Shown here: in pieces, positions 38,047 through 48,727 of the stretch
Position numbering within the stretch: the first letter of the stretch is position 1
Layout of the letters: the number at the start of each line of letters is the position of its first letter
Assembly (NCBI GenBank): GCA_023150835.1
Contig: JAKLKB010000002.1
Coordinates: 124,001 to 188,000 of the forward strand
From: Myxococcota bacterium
GTDB taxonomy: Bacteria; Myxococcota_C; UBA6777
Direction: 5' to 3'
DNA length: 64,000 nt
Notes under the pieces: model-generated
What the model was told of the DNA's origin: nothing
The model's database searches: none
What the model saw: only the letters and a program-made list of their open reading frames with translations
Position numbers and translations under genes: made by a program

Positions 38047-38988
38047 ATGATCAAAGTTCAAGGTCTCACCAAGCACTATCGCGATCTGATCGCTGTGGAC
38101 CAGATCTCCTTTGAAGTCCCCAAAGGAGAAATCCTCGGATTTCTCGGACCCAACGGCGCTGGAAAATCCACCACGATGAAGATGATCACCGGCTTTCTTG
38201 CACCCTCCAAAGGAACCGTCCATATCAACGGCCTTGATGTGTTTGACAATCCCATCGAAGTCAAAGGCCAGATCGGTTATCTTCCCGAAACTCCTCCACT
38301 TTACCTCGATATGACGGCCCGCGTATACCTGCGGCACGTCGCAGAACTCAAAAACCTCCCCTACGGGATGATCAAAAACGAGATCGACCGCGTGGCCGAA
38401 CGGACGGGCATCTCGCACGTCATGGATCGATTGCTCGCCAACCTCTCAAAAGGCTACCGCCAACGTGTCGGCCTTGCACAAGCTCTGCTCGGTTCGCCGC
38501 CTGTCTTGATCCTCGACGAACCCTCTAGCGGCCTTGACCCCGCTCAGATCCGCGAGATCCGCGATACCATCCGCGATCTCGCCCAAGAACACACCGTCGT
38601 CCTCAGCACACACATCTTGCCCGAAGTCACCATGATCTGTAACCGCGTGATCATCATCGATCGCGGACGCATCGTCGCCGATGACAAGATCACCGACCTC
38701 ACAGGACAAGGCCGCATCTCCACGCACCTCCAGTTGCGCCTCACCGATGCCAACGAAGCAACCGAAGCTGTCCTTGATGATCTCGCCCCTGTCGACTCCT
38801 TCGAAGTCTCCGAAGATGGACTCCAATACGAGATCTTCCTCCAAAAAGCCGATGAGTCCGTCCCCAACAAACTTCTTAGCGCCCTGCTTAAAAAGAATAT
38901 CGAGGTGCTTTCGCTCCAACCTGTGATCCCTTCGCTCGAAGATATCTTCTTAAAAGCCATCAGCAAAGATTCCAACACACCGAGCTGA
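38047..38988 (+). CDS. ABC transporter ATP-binding protein (GldA-like)
   Basis: GPNGAGKST, LSKGYRQR, ILDEP, STH. Confidence 0.93.
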   Translation: MIKVQGLTKHYRDLIAVDQISFEVPKGEILGFLGPNGAGKSTTMKMITGFLAPSKGTVHINGLDVFDNPIEVKGQIGYLPETPPLYLDMTARVYLRHVAELKNLPYGMIKNEIDRVAERTGISHVMDRLLANLSKGYRQRVGLAQALLGSPPVLILDEPSSGLDPAQIREIRDTIRDLAQEHTVVLSTHILPEVTMICNRVIIIDRGRIVADDKITDLTGQGRISTHLQLRLTDANEATEAVLDDLAPVDSFEVSEDGLQYEIFLQKADESVPNKLLSALLKKNIEVLSLQPVIPSLEDIFLKAISKDSNTPS

Positions 38989-39113
38989 TCGCACCGCGCC
39001 TCTGCCTTCTCAACCTCCGCCGACGGCGCATGGCCCGATGCCATCGACGCTATCGCTGCTTTGCTCGAAAGCCTTCTGCTTCGTTCAAGCTGTTGTGCCA
39101 AAGGAGCTTTTTG

Positions 39114-40334
39114 ATGAACCAACGTGTCTTTGACCTTGTTCGTGCCGCACTTTGGGCGGGGAGTGTCCTTCTGATGGGCTACCTCATCCCGCACGCCTCG
39201 ATCGCCAACGCGATCTACAACACTTTCCTTGGCAAAACGCCCACCACCAGCCGCTGGGTGTTCTTTGTTCTTGGGCTGATCCTCTCAGGCGTCTTGTTGT
39301 GGATGGGCGTGCGCGCTCTACTTCAACAAGCCGTAGATCTCGATAAGCCCGATCTGCTCGGCGGTTTGATTACGGGCCTGATCCAAGGAACCGCCACCGT
39401 GTTGACCGCTACCTTGGTCTTCACCTTCTGTCGTAGCGGTGAACCCGGAACCTTGCGCCACTTCGTCTTTGATCTGCTCAACAAAAAGTTTGAATCGCAG
39501 GTCTTGTTCTATCTCTTCGGACTCTTCGGGATCTTTGCCTTGATCTTGATGGCCAACCGCAGCATCCGCGCCATCTTCTTCAAAGAGTTCCGCATCTACT
39601 TCACCACTCCCATCGCTTATGCGGTGATGATGCTCTTTACGCTGATCGCGGGCTTCTTCTTTCAAGGCGCTTTCGATATCTTCAACCAATACGCGACCCT
39701 CCCCTACCAACTCAAGATGCGCTACGCTGCACGCCTCAACCTCAACGACTTCGTCTTCACCAGCTTCCTCCAAACCCTCGGAACCATCCTGATCTTTCTC
39801 GCGCCGATCCTCACCATGCGCCTGATCTCCGAAGAACGCAAAAACCGCACCTATGAACTGTTGATGACCGCCCCCATCACTTCGACCGAGATCGTCCTTG
39901 GCAAATTCCTTTCGGCCTTTGGCGTCCTCGCCATCCTGATCAGCTTGACCTTTCTTTATCCCGTCTTGGTCGGCTTTGTCGGAAAAGGCACCTTTGAATG
40001 GGCTCCGATCTTTTCGGGCTATCTCGGCCTGCTTCTTCTCGCCGCTTCCTTCGCTGCCATCGGCCTTTTCAGTAGCTCTCTCACCGAAAATCAAGTGATC
40101 GCCGCTGTCGTCACCTTCGGCATCTTGCTGTTGATGTGGATCATCAACTGGGCCGCAAGCAGCCTCGCAGACGGTCCCGTACGCGAGATCGTCTCCTATC
40201 TCGCCATCACCAAGCACCTCTCGGAATTCGCCAAGGGCGTGATCGAGATCAAAGATATCGTCTTCTATCTATCGTTGATCGTGTTCGGCAATCTGCTGGC
40301 TCATCGCATGGTCGAATCGCAGCGCTGGAGGTAA
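39114..40334 (+). CDS. ABC-2 permease (GldF-like) with an N-terminal membrane extension
   Basis: KEFRIYFTTPIAY, TMRLISEERKNRTYELLMTAP, IVLGKF, SSLTENQVIAA. Confidence 0.9.
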   Translation: MNQRVFDLVRAALWAGSVLLMGYLIPHASIANAIYNTFLGKTPTTSRWVFFVLGLILSGVLLWMGVRALLQQAVDLDKPDLLGGLITGLIQGTATVLTATLVFTFCRSGEPGTLRHFVFDLLNKKFESQVLFYLFGLFGIFALILMANRSIRAIFFKEFRIYFTTPIAYAVMMLFTLIAGFFFQGAFDIFNQYATLPYQLKMRYAARLNLNDFVFTSFLQTLGTILIFLAPILTMRLISEERKNRTYELLMTAPITSTEIVLGKFLSAFGVLAILISLTFLYPVLVGFVGKGTFEWAPIFSGYLGLLLLAASFAAIGLFSSSLTENQVIAAVVTFGILLLMWIINWAASSLADGPVREIVSYLAITKHLSEFAKGVIEIKDIVFYLSLIVFGNLLAHRMVESQRWR

Positions 40335-40336
40335 TT

Positions 40337-42250
40337 ATGCTGACTTCTGTTTTCCCTTCTTGGATCGCAGCCACCTCTTCCTCATCCATGTGGCAGATCT
40401 ATCAACCATACTTAATTATCCTTGGTGTGGCCGTTGCGATGGCCATCGGCTCCGTCCTGATCTGGAAGGCCACCTTTGACTTCCGCGATCCCAAACAACA
40501 AAAAGACGCCAAAATCTGGGGGATCTACCTCAGCTTCTTTGGCCTTTTGATGCTTGCAAGTGGCTTCTTTTGGTATCAGATCGTCGAACAGCTCACCACA
40601 CGCATCGCCGTCCTCCAAGGCGTCGCCATCGGCCTGATGCTCGGTATGTACGCCGTCGGCACCTTCTCCTTTGACCGCGCCGCCGCAGGAAAATCCACGT
40701 TCTTCGCAAGTGTCAGCTTGCTCTCTGTCATCGGTTCTCTCGTTGCCATCGGTGCCATCAACTACTACGCCAACCAAAACGCCCCCAAATACGACTTCAA
40801 CGAAAACAAACTCCAATCCCTCTCGGATCGCACCGTCAAGGTACTCAAAAACCTCAAACGTGAAGTCCAAGTGGTTGGTTTCTTTTACAAACGTGAGAAA
40901 AACGCCGAAGACGGCGCACGCGATTTTTTCTCCAAATACCGCGAAGTCAACCGAAACTTCTCTTTCCGCTTTTATGATCCGCTCCAAAATCCCGAACTTG
41001 CGGCGTGTTATGGGATCCGCCAAGGCGGTGCAGGCAGCCTTGAAGGGCGTATGTTGATCACGGCGGGTTCTTGCGAAGAAGACAACAAAAAAGCCGCGAC
41101 CGATGGTGGAAACCTCCTATTCAAGGGCAAAAAGATCTTGCTCGATAAATTCCCCCCCACCGAGCAAGAGATCACCAACAAGCTCGTCCAGATCTCCCGC
41201 AAAAGCAAAAAGATCTGCTTTGCCACAGGTCGTAGCCAACCCGAGATCAAAGACGAAGGCGGCCAAGGATTTCTCGGACTCAACACCATCCTCAAAGACC
41301 GTGGCTTCGAGACGATGGAAGTCAACCTCTTTAACGTCGACGAAGTTCCAAACGAATGTGACGTGTTGATCCAAGCCTCTCCCGATGGAAACTACTTGCG
41401 CGCACGCGGCATCGCCAACGCCACTCTCTCCGAAAAAGAAGTCCGAACCATCGAGCGTTACGTCAGCGCAGGTGGCCGCTTGCTTGTGATGCACGAACCC
41501 ATGTCTCCCTCTGGACTCGAAGGTTTTCTCGCCAGCTATGGCGTCAAAGCCGACAAAGGTCTGGTGGTAGACTTCAACCATAACCTCGGTCAACGCTACG
41601 GTGGCGCACTCTCCATCGCCACCCAAACCTACCCCAACCAACACCCGATCACCGAAGGCTTTCGTGGGCGCGTCGGATCAGGCTTTGTGTACGCAACACA
41701 ACTCGGCGTAGAGCGCGCAAAAGCCGATGTCAACATCGTCGAGCTAATCAAAACCCATCCCACCCCCTTGCGCATCCCCGGACGCCAATGCTGCTCCTTT
41801 TACTTCCCCGACCCCTACAACAACAAGTTCTATGGCTTGTTGAATGCCGCTCGCCGTTGGAAAAAAGAAGAGATGCTCCGCCAAGTCGTCCTTGGAAACC
41901 TGATCGAAAACAACTTCAAAGGCGCAAAGTCCGGCTCTTTCACGCTTGCCGTCGCCGTCACCAAAAAAGTCAAAAACACCAAAAAAGATTTCCGTATGGT
42001 CGTCTTTGGTGACTCGACCTTCGCAAGCAACATCCTCTTGCGCGAAAACGAAACGCTGATCATGAACAGCCTCTCTTGGCTTGCCCAAGAAGAAGATCAG
42101 ATCCACATCCCGCCCAAACAGCGCAAACCCTCTTCGATCTCCTTGACCGGCACCCAACGCAACTTCTTGCGCTACACCAACCGCTACGGGATGCCCTTCC
42201 TCTTCCTCTCCCTTATCTTGCTGATCTCAGCGATCCGGAGGACTCAGTAA
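40337..42250 (+). CDS. GldG-like ABC auxiliary component
   Basis: N-terminal TMs, YDFNENKLQSLSDRT.KVLK.L, RMVVFGDSTF, NSLSWLA, C-terminal TM. Confidence 0.85.
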   Translation: MLTSVFPSWIAATSSSSMWQIYQPYLIILGVAVAMAIGSVLIWKATFDFRDPKQQKDAKIWGIYLSFFGLLMLASGFFWYQIVEQLTTRIAVLQGVAIGLMLGMYAVGTFSFDRAAAGKSTFFASVSLLSVIGSLVAIGAINYYANQNAPKYDFNENKLQSLSDRTVKVLKNLKREVQVVGFFYKREKNAEDGARDFFSKYREVNRNFSFRFYDPLQNPELAACYGIRQGGAGSLEGRMLITAGSCEEDNKKAATDGGNLLFKGKKILLDKFPPTEQEITNKLVQISRKSKKICFATGRSQPEIKDEGGQGFLGLNTILKDRGFETMEVNLFNVDEVPNECDVLIQASPDGNYLRARGIANATLSEKEVRTIERYVSAGGRLLVMHEPMSPSGLEGFLASYGVKADKGLVVDFNHNLGQRYGGALSIATQTYPNQHPITEGFRGRVGSGFVYATQLGVERAKADVNIVELIKTHPTPLRIPGRQCCSFYFPDPYNNKFYGLLNAARRWKKEEMLRQVVLGNLIENNFKGAKSGSFTLAVAVTKKVKNTKKDFRMVVFGDSTFASNILLRENETLIMNSLSWLAQEEDQIHIPPKQRKPSSISLTGTQRNFLRYTNRYGMPFLFLSLILLISAIRRTQ

Positions 42251-44031
42251 TGGCGACACGTACACAATCTCAAATGATCACGACTTCGCTGTGGCTCCTT
42301 GTGGCCGCAGCCATCGGCCTTTTTGTCTACCAAGACCGCAAAGCCAAAGAAACCGCCAAACAACAAGAAGAATCTTCCAAACTGCTGTTTGTGCTCGATC
42401 CCAAACTCGATCCCGCGAAAGAAAAAGACCGAAAAGCCCTGATATCCAACATCTCAGAGCTTCACGTCTTGAACGCCAAAGCCGACAAAACCCAACAGCA
42501 AATCCGCCTCAAACAAACCAAACACGGCGATCACAGCGATTGGGATGTCCAAGCCCCCGTTCAAACCACCGCTGACGGCAAAGAAGCCGAACGCCTGCTC
42601 GCTGATATCCTCCAAGCCAAGCGCGTCGAAGTCGCCACCACGCTCCCCAAAGACGCCAAAGAAGCCAACCAAGCCCTCCAAAAATACGGACTCGACAAAC
42701 CCCAACTCTCTGTACGATTTGTCCATCCCCGAAAAAATTTCGGCATCCAGATCGGTAAAAAAGACGGCTTCACGGGAAAGTACTTTGCACGCGTCGAAGA
42801 CAGCAAAGAAATCATCCTCGTGGAAAGCTCCCTCTTCTACAGCGCAGACAAAAAACTCTTCGACCTGCGCCGCAAAGAAGTCTTTACCGACCGTACCCCT
42901 GATATCCAACAGATCAGCCTCACCCGCGCACAAGATCAACTCGTCCTCAAACGCGTCGACGAAGGCAACACCGTGATCTCCTCCGGACCCAAACACGACG
43001 ATCACGGCCATCACCACGGGCATAGCCACGGCCCCGCGAAAAAGTCCCTCGCGGGCTGGCAGATCCTCCAACCCGTCCAAGCCATCGCCGACAAACAAAC
43101 CATCAATCTGATGCTCAACAGCCTGCGCTATCTCAAAGCCGAAAAGTTTGTCAGCGAAGACATCCAAAAAGATCGCAAATCCTTTGGCCTCGATAAGCCC
43201 GACGTCTCCATCGAACTCTCCCTCAAAAACAGCAAAGGCAAGGACAGCACCTTCATCCTTCACATCGCCTACCCCACCAAAGCGCCCCAAAAAGCCTATG
43301 TCGCTCGCCCCGACAAAGGAGCCATCGCCGAAGTCGACCGCAATGCCCTCAAAGATCTCACACAACAAGTCTTCTACTTCCGCGAAAAACGCGCTCTGTT
43401 CGCCACCAACAGCCGCATCAAACAGATCGCCTTCCAACAATCCAACAAGACCTTTCGCCTCCTCCGCATCGAAGGCAAAGAAGACGAGTGGCGCGTCCTC
43501 AACCCCGGCCCCCAAAATGCCGACAAAAAGAAAGCCACCGCATTTCTCAACGATATCCTTTCCGTCAAAGTCTCTCGTTTTGTCGCAGAATCCGCCACTC
43601 CCGCACAACTCCAAACCTACGGTCTCGATCAACCGCAGCTTCAGATCGCCTTTTATGGCACCAGCAACAAAGAGCTTCTTGAGCAAATCTTGATCGGAAA
43701 ACAAGAAAACGACGGATACTACGCCACAAACAACAAGAAGGAAAAGATCTTCTTGATCAAAACGGGCGATATCACTAAGCTACCCACCCAAGATTGGCAG
43801 TTCATCCAAGGTGGCAAAGCCCCCACCCCACCCGCTGCCCGCCCCGCGCAGACGCCCGTACCGACCTCGCGGCCTGCGCCCACGCAAACCTTCCCCAAGT
43901 CGTTGCCCAAGATCTCGATCCCGGCCCCCCGTCCTGTGGTCTTCCCCACCACAACGCTGCCTGCGATCCAACCCAAGGCACCTGCTCCCGCTTTGCGCGC
44001 AGCACCTGCCTCCAAACCTGCGCAACGCTAA
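42250..44031 (+). CDS. DUF4340-like periplasmic protein with three repeated modules, a His-rich loop and a Pro-rich tail
   Basis: Three (Y/F)GLD(K/Q)P motifs, each preceded by W...P...AD; typical position after GldG. Confidence 0.82.
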   Translation: MATRTQSQMITTSLWLLVAAAIGLFVYQDRKAKETAKQQEESSKLLFVLDPKLDPAKEKDRKALISNISELHVLNAKADKTQQQIRLKQTKHGDHSDWDVQAPVQTTADGKEAERLLADILQAKRVEVATTLPKDAKEANQALQKYGLDKPQLSVRFVHPRKNFGIQIGKKDGFTGKYFARVEDSKEIILVESSLFYSADKKLFDLRRKEVFTDRTPDIQQISLTRAQDQLVLKRVDEGNTVISSGPKHDDHGHHHGHSHGPAKKSLAGWQILQPVQAIADKQTINLMLNSLRYLKAEKFVSEDIQKDRKSFGLDKPDVSIELSLKNSKGKDSTFILHIAYPTKAPQKAYVARPDKGAIAEVDRNALKDLTQQVFYFREKRALFATNSRIKQIAFQQSNKTFRLLRIEGKEDEWRVLNPGPQNADKKKATAFLNDILSVKVSRFVAESATPAQLQTYGLDQPQLQIAFYGTSNKELLEQILIGKQENDGYYATNNKKEKIFLIKTGDITKLPTQDWQFIQGGKAPTPPAARPAQTPVPTSRPAPTQTFPKSLPKISIPAPRPVVFPTTTLPAIQPKAPAPALRAAPASKPAQR

Positions 44032-44056
44032 ACAACCATCGCAAGGAGTCCGTCCC

Positions 44057-44278
44057 ATGGCCCGCGTCACCGTCGAAGATTGCCTCCACAAAGTCGAAAA
44101 CCGCTTTGCTCTCGTCATGCTTGCGGTCCAACGTGTCCGCCAACTCAAGCGCGACAAAGACGCTCGACCCATGATCCGCTCCCGAAACAAAGAAGCCGTC
44201 ACCTCTCTGCGCGAGATCGCTGCCGGAAAGATCGCTTACAAAGAAGATCCCCTCTCCAAAAATCCCTACGGTCGTTAA
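44057..44278 (+). CDS. rpoZ: RNA polymerase omega subunit
   Basis: [30 protein letters not shown]...[16 protein letters not shown]. Confidence 0.97.
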   Translation: MARVTVEDCLHKVENRFALVMLAVQRVRQLKRDKDARPMIRSRNKEAVTSLREIAAGKIAYKEDPLSKNPYGR

Positions 44279-45445
44279 TCACCTTTTTAACGGAGAGGTT
44301 TTTTGCGTCGAAGAGCCGCTGACACTCGGGATCACGTACACGCGATCATCTTGTTTTGCGGCTTTGTTGCGACCCATCGTGATCAGATTGCGCAACCCTG
44401 TTCCCTTTTGCCCCGTCTGCTTTTCTGCGATCCCCACGAATTCCCACGCCCGCTCGAACCAATACGCCGCCCGATAAAACTCACCTTCTTGGCGATACAA
44501 CTCCGCCACCAGATACGCCACCGTTGGGCGCTTGGCCAGCGGATACATCTTGCGTTCGAGCGCAAAACGCATCGCCGCAAGCGCTTTGCGCCGAAACAGC
44601 GATGCCCAACGTGCGTCTTTTTCCTCACGCGCTGCCCACAACGCACGCAAATAAAAATCCCCAAAGAAGCGCGCATCTTTCTTGCGTGCGATGTAGGCCG
44701 CTGCTGCGGCATGATAGCGAAAGCTCCCCGAGATATCCTCTCCTGCCCGAAAAGACTGGCGGATCGACTGCAACGCACGCTCCATCTCTAGCCGATCATA
44801 CGGCTCCAAAAAATCTTGCGTCAGCGCCGCATAGTTGCTGCGCGGACAGATCCAGACATACTCGCGTTGACCAAAACGCCCCAAGTGTGGGCGCAGATCG
44901 CTGTCTCTCGCTTCCGCACGCATCCCCTTGATCACCAACACTTCGATGATCTCGCCATCATGTGGACAACGCATCCGACGCACCCGAACTTCAGGACCGA
45001 TCACCCGACCCAAACAATAACGACCATAACGCTGACCCTCTGGGCAACTCTGGCGCGAAATAGCCGGTTGCTTGGGCGATTTCGTACCATTCGGTGTTTT
45101 CGATGCGGGCGTTACTTGCGGTGCTTGTGCTGTCTGCAACAGCTTCGGTGATCGCGGTGTACCCAACAGCTTCGGTGTTTGCGATGTACCCGACAGCTTC
45201 GGTGTTTGCGATGTACCCGACAGCTTCGGTGTTTGCGATGTACCCGACAGCTTCGGTGTTTGCGATGTACCCGACAGCTTCGGTGTTTGCGAGACCTGCG
45301 TTGGGCGACTCGCGGCGGACTCGATCTGGGGCTTCGCAGGAGACACCGTCGGGCGGTTGGAAGGGGGTACTCCGAATCCCTGATGTGGAAGGATAAACAA
45401 GGCTCCAACACCAAGCAGAGCCGCACCAAAAACACGATCAAACAT
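44279..45445 (-). CDS. DUF2225-like protein with a signal peptide, 9-aa repeat linker and TPR-like C-terminus
   Basis: CPHD...DSDLRP...WICPRSNYAA, YLVAELYRQ.GEF..A..WF; 27-bp tandem (TSQTPKLSG) at ~45139-45292. Confidence 0.7.
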   Translation of the reverse strand: MFDRVFGAALLGVGALFILPHQGFGVPPSNRPTVSPAKPQIESAASRPTQVSQTPKLSGTSQTPKLSGTSQTPKLSGTSQTPKLSGTSQTPKLLGTPRSPKLLQTAQAPQVTPASKTPNGTKSPKQPAISRQSCPEGQRYGRYCLGRVIGPEVRVRRMRCPHDGEIIEVLVIKGMRAEARDSDLRPHLGRFGQREYVWICPRSNYAALTQDFLEPYDRLEMERALQSIRQSFRAGEDISGSFRYHAAAAAYIARKKDARFFGDFYLRALWAAREEKDARWASLFRRKALAAMRFALERKMYPLAKRPTVAYLVAELYRQEGEFYRAAYWFERAWEFVGIAEKQTGQKGTGLRNLITMGRNKAAKQDDRVYVIPSVSGSSTQKTSPLKR

Positions 45446-45770
45446 ATCCTTTTTCCTTTTCTTTCAAGGCTTCCCGTTCTCTTTTTACCTTGGCACACGC
45501 CTTGCCAAAGCGTTCTCAGCGTGTTAAGTTGCACCACCAAATCACTTCGCTCATGGGTGGGCCTGATGAAAAAGCATTCTTTGCAACACAAGATCAAGCC
45601 CCCTTGCGCCCCTCCCAAAACGAAGTTGAATAACCACACTCGCGAATCCGTCTGATGCCCGACTCAACGCTGGGTGTGATAAAGATCACGTCCTTATCTC
45701 TGTCTTGTCCGTCCTTTGGGCGGATGAGAATGGAACCCAACCTTACCAGCCCTTTTTGCAGGAGGCTCCT

Positions 45771-46715
45771 ATGCTTTCCAAATGGAAAACCCTTCTCCTC
45801 GCGGGATTCTTGGCGCTCTCTCTTGCGCCCGGTCTCTCTCACGCCCAGTACGATCCCGATCTCGATGACGGCAACCAAAACCAACAACCCCCACCCCAAC
45901 AAAGTGGGCAGCCTGACGCACAGCCCGGCGTTGCACAACCCGGCGTGCAAGAAACCTTACCTCCACCCGAGCAAGTCACCGCTCACCCGCACATCAACGT
46001 CAACGGCGTTCAAGTCTATTACTATTACGACAACGGCGTGGCGCGTTATTATTACTTCGATGGCAACAGTGCCCGCATCTATTACCCCGTGGGATGGCGT
46101 CCTTGGTACTTGAACGGCGGAATCCGTGTGAATTTCGATCCCGCCCCTTACACCGTCTTTGATGGCCGTCCTGTGTACTACTTCTGGTACAACGGAGCCT
46201 ACCGTTATTACTGGTACAACAACGGCGCGATGACCTATTACCCCATCGGATGGCGCCCTTGGTATATGCGCGGTGGCGTTCGCGTATGGTACGCTCCCCG
46301 CTACCGTTATCACTACCGCAACTGGTACCGTCACCGCACTTTCTATCGCCGTGGCGTGTACTATCGCCCCAACCTGTACCGCACTCGGTACCGCGCTTAC
46401 TACACCCGTTATCGCGGCGGTTATCGCGGCGGTTATCGCGGCGGTTATCGCGGCGGTTATCATCGTGGTTATCATCGTGGCGTCAATCGCGGTTATTATC
46501 GTGGCGTCAACCGTGGCTACAATCGCGGCTACAATCGCGGTGTTCAACGCGGCTACAATCGCGGTGTTCAACGCGGCTACAACCACGGCTACAATCGCGG
46601 TGTTCAACGCGGCTACAATCGCGGCGTTCAACGCAGCGGTGGTGGATATCGCGGTGGCAGCAGCGGTGGTGGATATCGCGGTGGCAGCAGCGGTCGCAGT
46701 GGCGGTCGCCGTTAA
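45771..46715 (+). CDS. Secreted Tyr/Arg/Gly-rich protein
   Basis: AGGAGG SD; signal peptide ending SHA; two Tyr-rich ~43-aa repeats ending YYP.GWRPWY..GG.RV; YRGG/YNRG tail. Confidence 0.82.
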   Translation: MLSKWKTLLLAGFLALSLAPGLSHAQYDPDLDDGNQNQQPPPQQSGQPDAQPGVAQPGVQETLPPPEQVTAHPHINVNGVQVYYYYDNGVARYYYFDGNSARIYYPVGWRPWYLNGGIRVNFDPAPYTVFDGRPVYYFWYNGAYRYYWYNNGAMTYYPIGWRPWYMRGGVRVWYAPRYRYHYRNWYRHRTFYRRGVYYRPNLYRTRYRAYYTRYRGGYRGGYRGGYRGGYHRGYHRGVNRGYYRGVNRGYNRGYNRGVQRGYNRGVQRGYNHGYNRGVQRGYNRGVQRSGGGYRGGSSGGGYRGGSSGRSGGRR

Positions 46716-46721
46716 TCCTCA

Positions 46722-46800
46722 CCTCTGTTGATCGAGCCTCTTGCTCCCGCCCTTTCCGCCTCTGTTGATCGAGCCTCTTGCTTCCGCCCTTTCCACCTCT
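46722..46800. repeat. 37-bp tandem duplication just after the stop codon
   Basis: CCTCTGTTGATCGAGCCTCTTGCT(C/T)CCGCCCTTTCC(G/A) at 46722 and 46759. Confidence 0.9.
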
Positions 46801-47263
46801 CCCACTTCATCTCTCCCCCGCCTGATCTGCCCGCTCTCCAAACCTTCTTCCCTACAACCCTTCTTGCTCTCGCCTCAAAACGCTCTCGCTGTGTTGTCAA
46901 AAGTACACTGTGAAAATGCCGTTGCACGCGCTCTCCATCACAACACACGACAAAAACCCCGTCGAAACGCTCGAATGCTTCGTATGGATCGCACCGTCCG
47001 CTGTTTTCGACGTCGGCGATCGCACACAACGAATACATCCTCCTTCACAATAACCTATCCAAAAGAAACACCTTTTTCTTTCTCTCGATCACATTTCTGA
47101 GGTGGTCTTGTTCTTGCTTTGGTGCACGCCGCCTTCCGAAAAGCAAATACTCGTTTAAAACAACGGATACAAGGCGAAGGCGCACAAGCCAAACAAGAAA
47201 CTCAGCACAAAGGACGCCTCCCAAAGCGCCCTCTGTGGCTCTCTCCATCCTAAAGGAAAGAAT

Positions 47264-48694
47264 ATGCGTGTAGATGTTGTGATCGTCGGTGCGGGCGTTG
47301 CGGGTGCAGCCTTGGCGACGGCGTTGGGTCGTGCAGGTTTTCAGGTCGCCTTGATCGACCGTAGCCCTCATATTCCCGAAGTAATCGCTGGAGAACTCCT
47401 CCAACCGGGAGGATTCCAAGCCCTTGAATCGCTCCATCTCGAAGAAGCGGTCGAAGCCATCGACGCTCAAAAGATCATCGGCTTTTCTGTCCTCCAAGGC
47501 GAAGAAGGCCAAGCCCTCGCCTACCCCCCACGCAGCGAAAGCAAAGAACACCCCCACGCCGAAACCAAAGGCTACGCTTTCCGCCATCACCGTTTTGTGG
47601 GCCGCTTGCGCACACTCGCTCAAGAAACCCCTCATGTTCGCTTTCTGATCGGTCAAGTCAGCGATCTGATCATCGAACAGGGCCGTGTGCGAGGTCTGTG
47701 TTATCGGGACGCTGAGGAAAAACAACAAACGATCTACGCCGATCTGACCGTTGCAGCCGATGGACGGGCCTCTCGATTGCGCAGCCAACTCAGCCAAGGC
47801 GCACAGCCCGAACAAGTCTCGTATTCGATCGGCGTCTTGCTCAAAGATGTCCCCCTTCCTTTTCCACAACACGGACATGTCTTCCTTACCCAACCTGCCC
47901 CCACGCTCGCTTATCCTATCGCAACCCACGCGATCCGCCTGCTTGTCGACTTCCCGGGAAAACTCCCCAAACAAAGCAACGGCGAGATGGCCGATTATCT
48001 GCTCTCTTCGCTACTTCCGCAGATGCCCGCCTCCCTCCACGACGCCATCCGCCGCGCCGTCGAAGAGGGAGCCATCCAAACCATGCAAAATATCCGTATG
48101 CGCCCTCCTAGCCCCACCCTCCACGGAGCCGTCCTGCTCGGCGATGCCTACAATATGCGCCATCCCATGACAGGTTCCGGGATGACCGTCGCCCTCAACG
48201 ATGTCCGCTTGCTCGTTGAAGCCCTTCAATCCGCCCACTTTCATCACCCCCCTGCTCTCGACAAAGCCATCCAAAGCTTCTACCAAAAACGCGAATCTCT
48301 CGCTGCAACCGTCGATATGCTTGCTGGCGCTCTCTACGAGATCTTTCGCGCCAAGGATACCACCCACGCCCTGATGCGCGATGCCGTCTTGCGTTATTGG
48401 CAACTCGGAGGCTTCGCCGTTTCTGGACCCATGTCTCTGCTCTCAGGCATGGCCCCCAAACCCTTGATGCTGCTCACACACTTCTTTGCTGTGGCCTTCA
48501 TCGAAGCCGGCCAACGCTTGTTGCGCGCCCCCACCCAACCCCAACGCATCTTCCGCGACTTACAAGATGTTTTTCGCCTTGTATCGGGCGCATTCACGAT
48601 CATACAACCCCAGATCCCACGTGGGCTGCGCATCTTTTCTCCCCTCGCCACCGCACTCTATCCCACCCCGCTCTCTTCCCAAACCAAAGGCTAA
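47264..48694 (+). CDS. Squalene monooxygenase (squalene epoxidase)
   Basis: GAGVAG, IAGELLQPGG, F.H.RFV..LR, ADG, HGHVFL, LLGDAYNMRHPMTGSGMTVALND, LAGALY.IF, GPMSLLSG, HFFAVA: motifs characteristic of SQLE/ERG1. Confidence 0.9.
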   Translation: MRVDVVIVGAGVAGAALATALGRAGFQVALIDRSPHIPEVIAGELLQPGGFQALESLHLEEAVEAIDAQKIIGFSVLQGEEGQALAYPPRSESKEHPHAETKGYAFRHHRFVGRLRTLAQETPHVRFLIGQVSDLIIEQGRVRGLCYRDAEEKQQTIYADLTVAADGRASRLRSQLSQGAQPEQVSYSIGVLLKDVPLPFPQHGHVFLTQPAPTLAYPIATHAIRLLVDFPGKLPKQSNGEMADYLLSSLLPQMPASLHDAIRRAVEEGAIQTMQNIRMRPPSPTLHGAVLLGDAYNMRHPMTGSGMTVALNDVRLLVEALQSAHFHHPPALDKAIQSFYQKRESLAATVDMLAGALYEIFRAKDTTHALMRDAVLRYWQLGGFAVSGPMSLLSGMAPKPLMLLTHFFAVAFIEAGQRLLRAPTQPQRIFRDLQDVFRLVSGAFTIIQPQIPRGLRIFSPLATALYPTPLSSQTKG

Positions 48695-48727
48695 CACCAA
48701 ATCCGCCCGTTGTATGACCGTAAAGAC

